Source: a virus | Lineage: Duplodnaviria; Caudoviricetes | DNA length: 64,000 nucleotides | Direction: 5' to 3' (one strand) | Virus record (IMG/VR): IMGVR_UViG_3300009161_000021 | Part shown: positions 38,701 through 48,147 of the stretch, in pieces | Position numbering within the stretch: position 1 is the first letter of the stretch | How the letters are laid out: every line of letters begins with the position of its first letter | The notes under the pieces: model-generated | Told to the model about the DNA's origin: nothing | The model's input: the letters and a program-made list of their open reading frames with translations, nothing else | Databases searched by the model: none | Program-made: the position numbers and the translations under genes

Positions 38701-39579
38701 TCTTACGATTCCAGTTGATATGCTTAGGGCTCTCGTAAGAATCTCTACAGGTTCTACTAGAGATCTAACCCCAGTACTGGAGAAATACTTCCAATATCTG
38801 CCACCGTCTATTCCAGATTCAAGACCCGCTGGGTTTAGGTCCTTCACGTCTCTTCCCTGTCCCCATGAATCGAAAAGAACCCCGAATGGCTTCGTGTCAA
38901 TTTTCGATCTGATCTTTTCGTTTAGAATCTTTTTGAGAGCGGTGGCGTTTCCACCTGTCGAAGAGAAAGTCTCTGATGGAAGAGGGGGATTAGGATCCGA
39001 CAGAGTCGGTAACTTAACTAAGATGCTGTCAATTTCGAACTTCCTTTCGGAAGCTGGAGTTTCATAGTCCCTAAGTTTCGACGTAAGGTAGTCTTGCCCA
39101 GCCTGCTGAATGTCTGGATCTCCGGGACGAATGAAGTCCAGAGACTTTATCGCCTGCTCAAGCTTCTCATCAATTCGAGCAAGATCTTCCACAAAATCAT
39201 CGGCATCTTCTATCGCAGATTCTAGAGAAGTTTTAAGAGATGACCACTGGCCGCTGGTGTCTTTTTCGATGCATTTTGATGTTGCGTAAGAGACGTCATC
39301 GGTGGTGACAGAGTGAACGGCGTCCAACGCTTCGTAGTATCTCCCGTAAGGAGTAAGAAACCCACCGGGCTCATATACCCTATTGAAATCAGCGAGCGCA
39401 ACAATCTCAGTTGGTTTCGATTCCTCGACTTTTTCGATGCTAACGTTAGTGTTACTGGATTGCTTGGAGAGGCTCAGACTTGAGGCTGCGATAGCAGTCA
39501 CGCCGGTCGAAGACTTTATCGTACCGGTAGCTGGGCTTGAGACCTTGACTCCCTTTCCTATTGCTGACTTAGGCGGCAC
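35767..39579 (-). CDS. Large hypothetical protein (1270 aa), largely helical, probably virion-associated
   Basis: Long uninterrupted ORF, GTG start, coupled to neighbours; no recognised motif. Confidence 0.75.
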   Translation of the reverse strand: MPPKSAIGKGVKVSSPATGTIKSSTGVTAIAASSLSLSKQSSNTNVSIEKVEESKPTEIVALADFNRVYEPGGFLTPYGRYYEALDAVHSVTTDDVSYATSKCIEKDTSGQWSSLKTSLESAIEDADDFVEDLARIDEKLEQAIKSLDFIRPGDPDIQQAGQDYLTSKLRDYETPASERKFEIDSILVKLPTLSDPNPPLPSETFSSTGGNATALKKILNEKIRSKIDTKPFGVLFDSWGQGRDVKDLNPAGLESGIDGGRYWKYFSSTGVRSLVEPVEILTRALSISTGIVRVEQDSLAQKLSFKMGNLGSMFEGTKPAANGGQVADPLPFKKNSASSSLIALSMLQYKSSDGTWIVPVEIEDAPEKRDYKSGPTALIREPLLAGDYKFSDLDSFISKFEEGRLDIEAYSEKMLGLLDPTNGITTVEVFRTILSNFNEALGLASSDESSKYQLLYTCLAGNSGNSNASLNHQILRIAGRIKYYKVKSRSGTGTGEDATTTTKLVTAKVSEKSESLKSDAVPTTTQTENKSDTPTTRTITRTAGGSPPSADMSGLMLAFMRLIAGSDQLTGEELNQRATIATALVKNLESFKTDFVLTIEDKDDLKIATDRINKQIDSVKSYIRDLRAQAARTPPYTEEKVIAKYYEDAMKKTSGTFWSFIVKAYDEIVQKAEKRLPDGEKMTDALGRTLYGGFDEFGLLAMIVRCFVVLSAPLGISVARSYKTPQGRIQEFVNAVNSGDIADALDAFLKGNEMAVIGFSSNLIKDYREELTLLTSDMTESETKLFQFSSATLASEALSYLRSDVSSYQNSVAYLTAFSKVMQNSKNDLIDAFSNILETSSRKDVLDTPKGREMMSSLTTQQIVYRRSLLDKYRPIEKSGYLPAKFAFSLPESIALKSLLTAPQFSDRSSENIRLIAAAIPAGTIDNSKKYRDPDLGQQNYTGMVEMVVHRRDHELDDLIFKEKIFLFDPQLYVVPGSFDTYRRSKTSSTSDRSLEIAKRISYKLYSREGSETLSYQDFASNSRYKDLTSKQIDEIVKNATFSYLMESYLYKTTGLVFDESVTLDVKDTVLSTALAALNSVSQQKLTDLVLPTPAQLSSFLLDTGDIDYLNQAEDVTTGDKELIAALVSSYLMREEKPIDRLLANSLFDRVVLVAVDPDTFAVDKEETTKKNGEVGKSMLKSLQKNGYLIESNGSTLVIPRDPLNGGFSVGDISCQFIPHTSSKTEGSMLKIAKAVLTQKDKSEKKIKAGSQNQDSSKISKSIISKGIQR

Positions 39580-41926
39580 TGTCCCTCTCCTTAACAGGAC
39601 CGATCAATCGACCCTGCGAAAAATTCTGAAAAATCGGTTGTATGTAGTAAGAAACGTCGTTTAACGAAGCTTTAAGTCTATCGTCAAGGTACACCATCGA
39701 ATCGTTTCCAAAAAAGTGAAGAGCTCGAAGCGGAGCTAGCTTTCCATTATACTCGGCGAAGATGATTATGTGATCTATCTTCTGCAGTCCTTCGTTGACT
39801 TTCCACCTAACGACGTTTCCCCTAACAGTTTCTTCAACAGAGGGATCAGTTATGTCAGTATCGACGTGAGGGACAGTTACTATGACCTCACCCGTGAGCG
39901 CAGTCCTTCCCTGGATCATTTCACTCGCGCTTCCAGCCGCTGGATCCAGCTTGAAGCTAGCTCTTGAAGTAACTCTTAATTGCTTAGAGTTCGAAGTTAG
40001 TGTCCCTTTTTTTAGAACAACCGGAGAATTAAATTTCTTCATTAAGACCGGATAGCTTTTTCCCGTTTCGAGGTCGTTTTTGCTAACGCTCGACTCTGAA
40101 AAGATTGTTCCAGGAGCTCTGACAAGAAGGCGAAACTGGTAAATGTACTTTCTGCCACCGACAAGCGATGAAACGTTTGCTGCCCTTTGCGACCTTGAGT
40201 CATCTTGAAAAAGTCCAGTTTTGACAACTCCGAAAGATTCATTCAACCCCGTAACAGTATCAAATCTAAGCATCTCGAGAGAGACTATTTTGTTAAAGAG
40301 CTCTTTGTTACTTTTGATCTCATCAGTGTAGAGACTGTCAAGACCGGCGTCTATCAACGTGCCGTAAATGAGATCAAGAGACGCTTGGTTGGTGGGAGCG
40401 TCAACCTGAAATGACACGCTAAGAGATCCTGCGTCCCCAACCCTAAGAGAGTTTGAATAAAGTGAATAGCTCTCTTGATCCTCAATATCACCAGAAAAGT
40501 GAATGATGGCTCTATTTTGTGATTCTCTCTCGTCTCCGTAGGAATCTATCATTACGATCTTATACTCGTAAATTGCAGAAACTCGACTTGGGACATCCTG
40601 AAATTCAATATTTGATGTTGTCTTGTCGAACTTTCTAAGACTTCCTCCTAAAACGTTCGAAAGATTTGTAAATGATGACTCATGAGTTGTCAGATTCTTT
40701 CTGATCAACCTGATCGCGATGACTTCGGAGGGTATGTTAAAAACAGAAACTTTGACTGCGCCTGAAACTTCAGAAGCAAGCAAAGTTAGATTGTCAGGCT
40801 CAATTTTATTATTTTTAGACTTGATACCTGGGGCTACAACGCTGGAAAATTCTCCTGATGAAATCGAAAGTTCGTTGAAAGGAATAACTCTATAAAGCGT
40901 TTTTTCTGACTGGCTGGGGCGATCAGTGAATTGAATCTCTTCTCCAGGAAGCAACGGAATTGTCGTTATTTTCTTAAAAGTCTCTTCATCGTTTCCCGTG
41001 ACTGACTTACGATAGACAGCGATAGAATTGCTGTTCTTATCTTCCTGCTTGATCTTCATCACTCTGTAGTTTCCGACATTGGTGAGATGCAGGCGCGGAG
41101 CTTGAGTCGGTATTATGTGTTTCTCAAAAGCATCTCTAAAGTTCACCTTAAATTTGAGAACTTGGTTCCTCGAATCAACTTCAACTGTGTAATTTTTTAG
41201 TTGAAATTTTCTGATCTTCACAGTGAAAGGTATTTCTATCGTTGTTACGTCTTCCCCATCGAATGAAGATTTCACAGCGTTTCCAGAAATCTTGACGAGA
41301 GACGCACGAACTGATTCGAGCTTTTTATCAATCTTTGACATATCGGAAGTTGTTCGAACTCCACGAACAGAGCTGAGAATAGGAGCGTGAAAAGACGCAG
41401 AATTTATTTCTTGAGCTGGGTCCTTTGTTTTTCTATGAAGAAGGTCGAGGTACGACGACTTTAGAGAAAGATCAACCTCGACATCTGAGTGTTTCGAAGA
41501 GTCAAGATTTGAAACGCTCTTGCTTTCAAGAGATGAATTGCTTTCTGACTTCAGTCTCTTTTTACGACGAACAGGTCCGCCAGCAAGTATCTTAGCGATC
41601 TTGTCATTGGGAATCTGCTTGCTAAGATCAACTACTCCCTTAAAAATCGCCCTTGATATCTCTGAGATAGCAGACTTTTTCTTTGAAGCAGATCTGTGAA
41701 AAGAAGAGCTTGCTTCAAGAGCTTTTAGCTTAAGCTTCGGAGGATCGAGCTTTCTCTCATCGTACACTCTAAAGTTGCAAGTTGTCACTTTCTCTTCGAT
41801 AGCAGCCTCTGGGTCGATCTCAAAGAAAACTTGAAAGAAAACAATGTCATCTTCGATTCTCATGACCTCAGCTGGCCTTGAGCTGACTGACATGATCTGC
41901 TTCTTTGGCTTCGACTTAATCTTCAC
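39569..41926 (-). CDS. Hypothetical structural protein, 785 aa, with repeated beta-sandwich (Fn3/Ig-like) segments
   Basis: GTG start; IAVYRK...FTD...LYRVIP and IRLIRK...FQD...YEYKI repeated pattern. Confidence 0.6.
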   Translation of the reverse strand: MKIKSKPKKQIMSVSSRPAEVMRIEDDIVFFQVFFEIDPEAAIEEKVTTCNFRVYDERKLDPPKLKLKALEASSSFHRSASKKKSAISEISRAIFKGVVDLSKQIPNDKIAKILAGGPVRRKKRLKSESNSSLESKSVSNLDSSKHSDVEVDLSLKSSYLDLLHRKTKDPAQEINSASFHAPILSSVRGVRTTSDMSKIDKKLESVRASLVKISGNAVKSSFDGEDVTTIEIPFTVKIRKFQLKNYTVEVDSRNQVLKFKVNFRDAFEKHIIPTQAPRLHLTNVGNYRVMKIKQEDKNSNSIAVYRKSVTGNDEETFKKITTIPLLPGEEIQFTDRPSQSEKTLYRVIPFNELSISSGEFSSVVAPGIKSKNNKIEPDNLTLLASEVSGAVKVSVFNIPSEVIAIRLIRKNLTTHESSFTNLSNVLGGSLRKFDKTTSNIEFQDVPSRVSAIYEYKIVMIDSYGDERESQNRAIIHFSGDIEDQESYSLYSNSLRVGDAGSLSVSFQVDAPTNQASLDLIYGTLIDAGLDSLYTDEIKSNKELFNKIVSLEMLRFDTVTGLNESFGVVKTGLFQDDSRSQRAANVSSLVGGRKYIYQFRLLVRAPGTIFSESSVSKNDLETGKSYPVLMKKFNSPVVLKKGTLTSNSKQLRVTSRASFKLDPAAGSASEMIQGRTALTGEVIVTVPHVDTDITDPSVEETVRGNVVRWKVNEGLQKIDHIIIFAEYNGKLAPLRALHFFGNDSMVYLDDRLKASLNDVSYYIQPIFQNFSQGRLIGPVKERDSAA

Positions 41927-41928
41927 TT

Positions 41929-42843
41929 TTAGTCCATCTCTAGTGTAAAAATATTGATGAAAGTAGGATTACCAAACCCATCTCGTAGTATCTTTCCCGC
42001 GAAGAGCGTTCTTACCATTTTCGACTTGTCTTTTGTCGAAGGGCGTGAACCGTAATCTATCACGTCCAGCTTTATCATCCCGTCGTCGCCAGACAGCTCG
42101 AACACTTGCATGATGAAGTTATTTTCGATTGAAGTCTGAACAAATTCAACATCAGCAAACTCAAGCAAGCTCAATCTCTTCTCAAGCTCTTGAACATTGG
42201 TTCCCAAAGTTTCGTTTGTATTTGGAAACTTTCCGATCTCTTTTCCCGCAAGGACACCTGAGCTGTTAACGGGAGGAAGGTACTTGAAGTTCTGAAGCTT
42301 TGAAAGTCGTACATCATCGCTTAGATTCTCAATATCATCGAGTACGGCAACTTTTACGTCCTTCGAGCTAAACGGAAATTCTTCACGAATTGAGAAGGTT
42401 ATAGAAGCACGAGAGAGTGTGAAACCCTGCTCATCATCAAGAGGATCGTCAGTTCCGATGACCTGCAGGTTGTTCCAACTCTCAAGGATCGCTTTCGAGA
42501 TCGCCTCAGCAGATCCTGAAACGTTAGACTCTTCTCTAACAGACCCAGAGAGGATAAGATTCTTTCCGGAAGCCGCGAAAGAATCAGCCCTGTATGGGAC
42601 CAGGAACCCAGAGTCGTCGGTCTCGAAAGTTATGAGATCCGAAGGAAGGTCTGACGGAGCCTCAAAGTAGATCCTACCCGTCGGGTCCTCTATCACTCCG
42701 TCCTCGTCTCCGGAGTAGAACGCACCGATGTCGGTGAACGTCGCGTACTCGATCTTCATCTGACCGCTCGCGAGTTGGCGACGACCCTGCTCGGTGATCA
42801 CCACGTCCATTATCCTTGACTTCGAATCGAGTATGCCAGCCAT
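41929..42843 (-). CDS. Structural protein, paralogue of 33224..33934
   Basis: MAGILD...MDVVITEQGRRQLASG...IEYATFTD parallels MGYLD...DAVLTDIGREFLA...VKFALGD. Confidence 0.6.
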   Translation of the reverse strand: MAGILDSKSRIMDVVITEQGRRQLASGQMKIEYATFTDIGAFYSGDEDGVIEDPTGRIYFEAPSDLPSDLITFETDDSGFLVPYRADSFAASGKNLILSGSVREESNVSGSAEAISKAILESWNNLQVIGTDDPLDDEQGFTLSRASITFSIREEFPFSSKDVKVAVLDDIENLSDDVRLSKLQNFKYLPPVNSSGVLAGKEIGKFPNTNETLGTNVQELEKRLSLLEFADVEFVQTSIENNFIMQVFELSGDDGMIKLDVIDYGSRPSTKDKSKMVRTLFAGKILRDGFGNPTFINIFTLEMD

Positions 42844-42861
42844 CTATTGGTACCGCCAACT

Positions 42862-42870
42862 CTAATTATC
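42862..42870 (-). promoter_or_regulatory. Putative late promoter motif (GATAATTAG)
   Basis: 18 nt upstream of the ATG at 42843. Confidence 0.5.
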
Positions 42871-42888
42871 GGTGAGAGCAGTTCTCAG

Positions 42889-44142
42889 TTAAAGCTTGGT
42901 GATGGTTATGACAGTGTCCTGACCGTCTCCCGTTTTATCGATCGCATTCGCGTAAACGTTTAGATTCGAGACGTTGGAGGCTAAATTAACCTTCACTGTG
43001 ATGGTCGATCCTGCTCTCAGGTACGAAGTCTTGCTCACAGAGATTGTCTTGTAACGTGTTGTGTTGTTAGGTACAAGCCCTCCAACGATCGACGTTCCTG
43101 TTGCTCTCTCAACCTCGGATGAGCTTACGAAAATAGCTGCTTCAAGATTGACATTAGTCGAGCTTAAGTTCGTAGTTGGGGCAAGTTTGTAAGCAGCATC
43201 AAAATCGATTCGATATCGTCCCTCTTTTCCCGAAGCTATCGTGAAGGTTGAGCCAGCAGAAAGGTTTCCAGTCTTTGTTAGCAGAGCCCCAGTATTAGTC
43301 TCAACATCGTTAAAATAAAGCTGCTTGTCGGAATTGTATGTCAGGGACGTGTCAGCGCTTAAAGCATCAACGTATCTATTAATTCCAACTCCAGCATCTC
43401 CTTGATCACCTTTCACGCTAGTAGTTTGACTTGTCCAAGCTCCGCCCGTATACTTGTGAATCACGTTGTTGATGATCGCAGTGTCTCCCTCTATACCCGA
43501 CAACCCAGTGGAGGAGGCAAAAGCTCCCTTGAAAACCGTTCCTTTGAACGTACCTCCGATTGCAGTCCACGTGAAAGAAGCGCCCGACGCTGATCTTCTG
43601 TAGATCTTGTGATTTGTTGCATCGATTAGGATGTCACTTCCCTGCGTAGTTGAGTACGCAGTGTTGGAAGCTGGACTTCCACCGTCGGATATCGATGTTG
43701 TCGTGTAGGTGGCTTTTCCGTCGGTTCCGTTGCTGCCGTCGGAGCCCTTAACACTGACCGATTGATTCACCCACGACCCAGCGACTCGCTTGTAGATCAG
43801 ATTGTTATAGATCGCTGTATCGTTCTCGTTTCCAGTATCGCTTAAAGATGAGAGAATTCCCTTGAAACTTAAACCAGCCGCTCCGTCAGTTCCCTTGAAG
43901 ATAGACCCAGCGCTCCAAACACCGTTTGACTTTGTGAAAAGCTTGAAGTTTGTCGTGTCGATGTAAACTTCTCCATCACGTCCAACGCTTGAGCTCGGAT
44001 CACCGCTTCCAGTTAGAACTGATTTTCCATCAGCGCCTGAAGAAGAGGTACTCGCGGGTCCTATCTTTTCAGTAACTCCGAGCTGAGATTGAATCAGGTA
44101 GCTTTGACCTGATTGCTGAAGAAGGAGTTTATTCGATTTCAT
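42889..44142 (-). CDS. Fibre-like protein with short collagen-like repeats and C-terminal C1q/BclA-like head (putative receptor-binding)
   Basis: Repeated modules (D-T-A/Y-I...Y-K...G-x-W...KG), GxxGxxG tracts; C-terminal FTI...GRYRIDF...LRAGSTITVKV...ITITKL. Confidence 0.6.
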   Translation of the reverse strand: MKSNKLLLQQSGQSYLIQSQLGVTEKIGPASTSSSGADGKSVLTGSGDPSSSVGRDGEVYIDTTNFKLFTKSNGVWSAGSIFKGTDGAAGLSFKGILSSLSDTGNENDTAIYNNLIYKRVAGSWVNQSVSVKGSDGSNGTDGKATYTTTSISDGGSPASNTAYSTTQGSDILIDATNHKIYRRSASGASFTWTAIGGTFKGTVFKGAFASSTGLSGIEGDTAIINNVIHKYTGGAWTSQTTSVKGDQGDAGVGINRYVDALSADTSLTYNSDKQLYFNDVETNTGALLTKTGNLSAGSTFTIASGKEGRYRIDFDAAYKLAPTTNLSSTNVNLEAAIFVSSSEVERATGTSIVGGLVPNNTTRYKTISVSKTSYLRAGSTITVKVNLASNVSNLNVYANAIDKTGDGQDTVITITKL

Positions 44143-47100
44143 GCGATCACCTGAACGAGAGATTCATCGGGATTATCTGGTCTATTACGAGCGACGCTAT
44201 CGTCGAAATAGGGCATTGATGATGTTGCAAAAGTGCTTAAGTTCTGAGAGTACGTTAACATCGGATCAATCGCCGTCGATCCTGAGACGAATCTAGCTTT
44301 AACAGGAGGAGGAGCATCAAACAACGCTGTCAATTGTCTTGGTTCAAGAATGTCTCGAAAATGACCGAAGTGATCAGACTTCCAGCGACATGACGAGAAC
44401 TCTGGCTTCGTATTGGAAATACCGTACCTAAATGGTCCTCTGACCTCGCCCCTGTTGGACTCGTCAGAAGATCTATGCGTTAAACCGAAATCGAAAGGTA
44501 AAGGTAGTGAGCTGTAGAAAGTCGAATATCCAACTCTAAATGCATGGTCAGCCGCAGTCATATTATTTCCAAAGATCGATGCTAGCGCAGAGTTGTCAGT
44601 CGACCAGGTAAAAACGTTGCCCCTAATGACACCATTCGAAGATAGTTTTCTAACTGGATTTCTTTGAAACGGAAACTGATTGGGAAAGAAGTTTGCTGGA
44701 AGAAATTCGTTGGGGGTTGTAATTCCAAAATTTACTTCTTCAGCGAAGTTGTCGATGTATGACCCGGATCTAACACCGATACGCACAGTCGCGTCTGTTG
44801 ATCCGCTAAAAAAATCAGAGTAGCTCGGAAGACAGCTATCGTACGTTCTTTCAGAAGAGTCTGAGATTTTAGAAAATCTCTGAAATGATCCTGTAGTCCC
44901 CGCTTGACCCAGTGAGACTCGAGAGATAACACGTCTCGATTGATCCTGGCTGGCTGTCGAGAACAGGACACCACCTAAAATCGGATTTGCCATGCTACCA
45001 GTAACGATCTCATCAAGGTACGAGCCGTAGTACGATGATACAGGCTCGATCTGAAACTGATCTAGCAGGGGTTCAGCTCCAATAATCTCATGAACAGAGT
45101 TTGATGAAAGATCCTGATTCAGAGTATTAGCGTGAGCAGCGTCATTTTTTATCTCTGACCCGAATAAAGTTACCTTAATTTGACTACCTTCCGTGAACCT
45201 CATGAAGAAATCATCAAAAGTTTCAAAATCATCCATCCCGTGATGAACCGAAATTCCAGCATCGACTCCGAAAAATATCTCATCGTGAGGCATAAGAATG
45301 TAAGGAGAAATTGCAGAAATTTCGCTTACTGCGATATACGACAGAAGATTATCACTTTCGATAAAATTGTCAGAGTTTTCTCCTCCAAATTTTCGGAACG
45401 CTCTACTCGATATATCGGAAGTCACCCGTGTTTCATCGAGCTCAAGAGGAGATGTAAGAGTCGTTGTTTTTGAGAAGAAGTTGCCAGATGACCTTGATGA
45501 CAACGAGCCGGTTGGGAACTCTGCCATCACGGTAAACTCAAAAATTGATGCTGTAAGGACGTAGTTAGATGGACTGTACTGGACGTCTTGTATTGCTAGC
45601 CCACCCGGAAACGCATCGAATTGTAACGTTATCTTTTCTGTTGAAACGAGCGTAGGCCCTGCTATTAAAGTTGAATTTGGAATGGACCTCAATCCGATAC
45701 TTTGCAAAGGGGGAGCTGTCGTCGGATAAAATTCAAGATTTATGGACCCACTGTACGTCGAGAACGTCCCGCCACCCGTGGTTGCAAAGATTTCACCGCC
45801 GGGTGGGTAAGAAGCGACGGTCACTTCGGATGAGAAAGGGGTAGCTCCTCTGAAAATAACAGTATTTGGATTAGCAGAAACCGTGTATTGGGCTGTCTCA
45901 AGGACTGAGACGTAAGTAGGGTTTGCTAGTATTGCGTTGACGATATTCGTAGCAGTCTGCCCAGAGGCTATCACAAAGTGAGTTCCCGCTATCAAAGGCC
46001 CAACTGAACCCCCAGGTGCGAATATCAATTGCACTGGCTGGCCAGGCGTAAGGCTGTCGGGATTGGGAAGCGAGATTAATGGTTTTGAGATCGAGCTGTT
46101 GAAGTTGTGGGAGAACGCAGGAGAATGTGTGGGACCAGACATGTTGCTGAACGTTAGATACGTCGGCAAATTATAGAAGCACGCCGATGCTGTCGCAAAA
46201 ATCTCGCGAATAGACGAGCTTACTTCCCACGCAGCGTCGACATTTGAAGAGTTGTTGTATCCTGATAGACCATTTCTTCTTCCCACGAACTGACGACCGA
46301 GGAAAAAAACATAGTTATCCTGCAGCCTAGAGCTTACTCCGTAAGTCCGCGGATTCAGCGCGGTAGATTCTGGAAACGCCGCATCTGTTGAATTTTTTGA
46401 TCTTTGAACTTGAGCGTTCGATACCTCTATCGATATCTTTTCCAGTAAGAATGGGCTTCTTATCAAATCAGACATCTTCAGCAGCTGGGACGATGTAGCG
46501 TAATACTTGTTGTCTGCTGGTGCGAACGCGGAGATGGTCGGCAATCCTACGTAAGAATTGTTTACCGCGTCATCGTAAAAAGGAGTATCATACTGATTTT
46601 CAGGCTTCACGAACATTTGAACCATGCTCTGAGACCCTGTCGATCTGTAGAACTTTTTTAATCCGTTAACCACCTGTATTAAATCTGCGCAGATGTCAAA
46701 ACTAATAGAACTCGCACGAGATGATGGATCATTTAAGCCCTTGTATTCAAACTTTGATTCATCAAAATTAAAATATGCGACGCCGGTTCGATCAGCTGAA
46801 TTTCCTCTGGACGTGAGACCAATTCCTAGTTGAAATTCACTAGAATTGACGATAGACTTTTGCAAAATAATTTTAGATCTTGCAGGAGCGCTGAACCCTG
46901 GCACAATATCGGGATCAGTCCCGTTCAGGAAGAAATCCGTCGCAGGAATCGAGCGATTCTCATTGAACGGCCCGACGTTCTCAGTCGGTGAGTAATGCAA
47001 GTGATTCGGCTGTTGGAATGATCTGATCGGCAGCGAAGCGCTGATATCCGATTCCTGTCCGATGATGTCGACGGCCTGCGATGCGAACGAGCTGCCCTTC

Positions 47101-48146
47101 GGAAGCATCGTCGGGAAGACAATGTTCCCGGATTGGGAAAATACGATTGATGTGGCATCATTAAAATTTGATGATAGGGCACCTGTTCGGGTAGGATCGC
47201 CGGTGCGACGGACGGTCGAGTATGATCCAGGAAGGTCATCGAGCTCACGGAGCATGAGGCGAGGAGAACGTGAGATGAAACCTGAGCTGCTGTTGAGTTC
47301 AAGACCACCTGATCTTGATCCTGAATAGATCGCCGATACCTCTGCCGATGAGAGCTGCCGTCTCCAAATTCCAACTGCGTAGATATTTCCATCAACATCG
47401 GAGGTTGCATCGATGTTTCCAGAGCTGTTAATGTGAGCTCCAAGACGTGTTAATCCACTTGAGCCCGAGACTCCTGGGTAAGCCCCCACAGAAGCGTTAT
47501 TCTCTGCTACCGATACACCATCAACGTACATGGCAAAGCTATCAGTTGAAGAGTTTGCTATCACTCCATCGTAAGTTACAACAACATGATGCCATGCGCC
47601 ATCTACGATAATGCCGCTATTAGATCTGATGGACTTAAAAACACCTTCATTTGTTCCGTTCCCAAGACGAAAGTTGACCTGATTGCTCGAGTTAACGAAA
47701 AAATCAAGTTCTCTTTTCCCGGCTGCGTATTTTTCAAATATGACACTTACTGCCGAGGTGCTGTTCAGCTTAAACCACACAGAAATGCTAAATGGGACAT
47801 CTCCAGTGCCATCGTTTCGACGCATGACGTGATCTGGTAATTCTTTCGAAGACTCGACATAGTCAACCAAGTTGTTTGTCGTGTCAGACTTGAAAACTAA
47901 GCTAGTAGCAACTCTGCTTGCGATTATATTCGATTCCGGATTGTCGGATGAAATACCCGGACTCAGTCTCCCTGGTTTTAGGTAAAGATCATTGCCTCTT
48001 CCAGTTTCGTCTCGTAGTATCCCGTTTGTCGCGTATGTCGGTCGGTAATAAGAGACTAAATCTTTGCTGACATCCCAGGTAGTCCCATTCAGAAGTGTGA
48101 ACGGTCTCGAAAGGTTGATCGGGATCTCTTGGTTTATTCTTGGCAT
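44139..48146 (-). CDS. Large structural protein (1335 aa) with N-terminal LamG domain
   Basis: FSISVWFK, DGAWHHVVVTYDG, MYVDG, GIWRRQLSSAEVSAIY LamG motifs. Confidence 0.7.
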   Translation of the reverse strand: MPRINQEIPINLSRPFTLLNGTTWDVSKDLVSYYRPTYATNGILRDETGRGNDLYLKPGRLSPGISSDNPESNIIASRVATSLVFKSDTTNNLVDYVESSKELPDHVMRRNDGTGDVPFSISVWFKLNSTSAVSVIFEKYAAGKRELDFFVNSSNQVNFRLGNGTNEGVFKSIRSNSGIIVDGAWHHVVVTYDGVIANSSTDSFAMYVDGVSVAENNASVGAYPGVSGSSGLTRLGAHINSSGNIDATSDVDGNIYAVGIWRRQLSSAEVSAIYSGSRSGGLELNSSSGFISRSPRLMLRELDDLPGSYSTVRRTGDPTRTGALSSNFNDATSIVFSQSGNIVFPTMLPKGSSFASQAVDIIGQESDISASLPIRSFQQPNHLHYSPTENVGPFNENRSIPATDFFLNGTDPDIVPGFSAPARSKIILQKSIVNSSEFQLGIGLTSRGNSADRTGVAYFNFDESKFEYKGLNDPSSRASSISFDICADLIQVVNGLKKFYRSTGSQSMVQMFVKPENQYDTPFYDDAVNNSYVGLPTISAFAPADNKYYATSSQLLKMSDLIRSPFLLEKISIEVSNAQVQRSKNSTDAAFPESTALNPRTYGVSSRLQDNYVFFLGRQFVGRRNGLSGYNNSSNVDAAWEVSSSIREIFATASACFYNLPTYLTFSNMSGPTHSPAFSHNFNSSISKPLISLPNPDSLTPGQPVQLIFAPGGSVGPLIAGTHFVIASGQTATNIVNAILANPTYVSVLETAQYTVSANPNTVIFRGATPFSSEVTVASYPPGGEIFATTGGGTFSTYSGSINLEFYPTTAPPLQSIGLRSIPNSTLIAGPTLVSTEKITLQFDAFPGGLAIQDVQYSPSNYVLTASIFEFTVMAEFPTGSLSSRSSGNFFSKTTTLTSPLELDETRVTSDISSRAFRKFGGENSDNFIESDNLLSYIAVSEISAISPYILMPHDEIFFGVDAGISVHHGMDDFETFDDFFMRFTEGSQIKVTLFGSEIKNDAAHANTLNQDLSSNSVHEIIGAEPLLDQFQIEPVSSYYGSYLDEIVTGSMANPILGGVLFSTASQDQSRRVISRVSLGQAGTTGSFQRFSKISDSSERTYDSCLPSYSDFFSGSTDATVRIGVRSGSYIDNFAEEVNFGITTPNEFLPANFFPNQFPFQRNPVRKLSSNGVIRGNVFTWSTDNSALASIFGNNMTAADHAFRVGYSTFYSSLPLPFDFGLTHRSSDESNRGEVRGPFRYGISNTKPEFSSCRWKSDHFGHFRDILEPRQLTALFDAPPPVKARFVSGSTAIDPMLTYSQNLSTFATSSMPYFDDSVARNRPDNPDESLVQVIA

Positions 48147-48147
48147 C

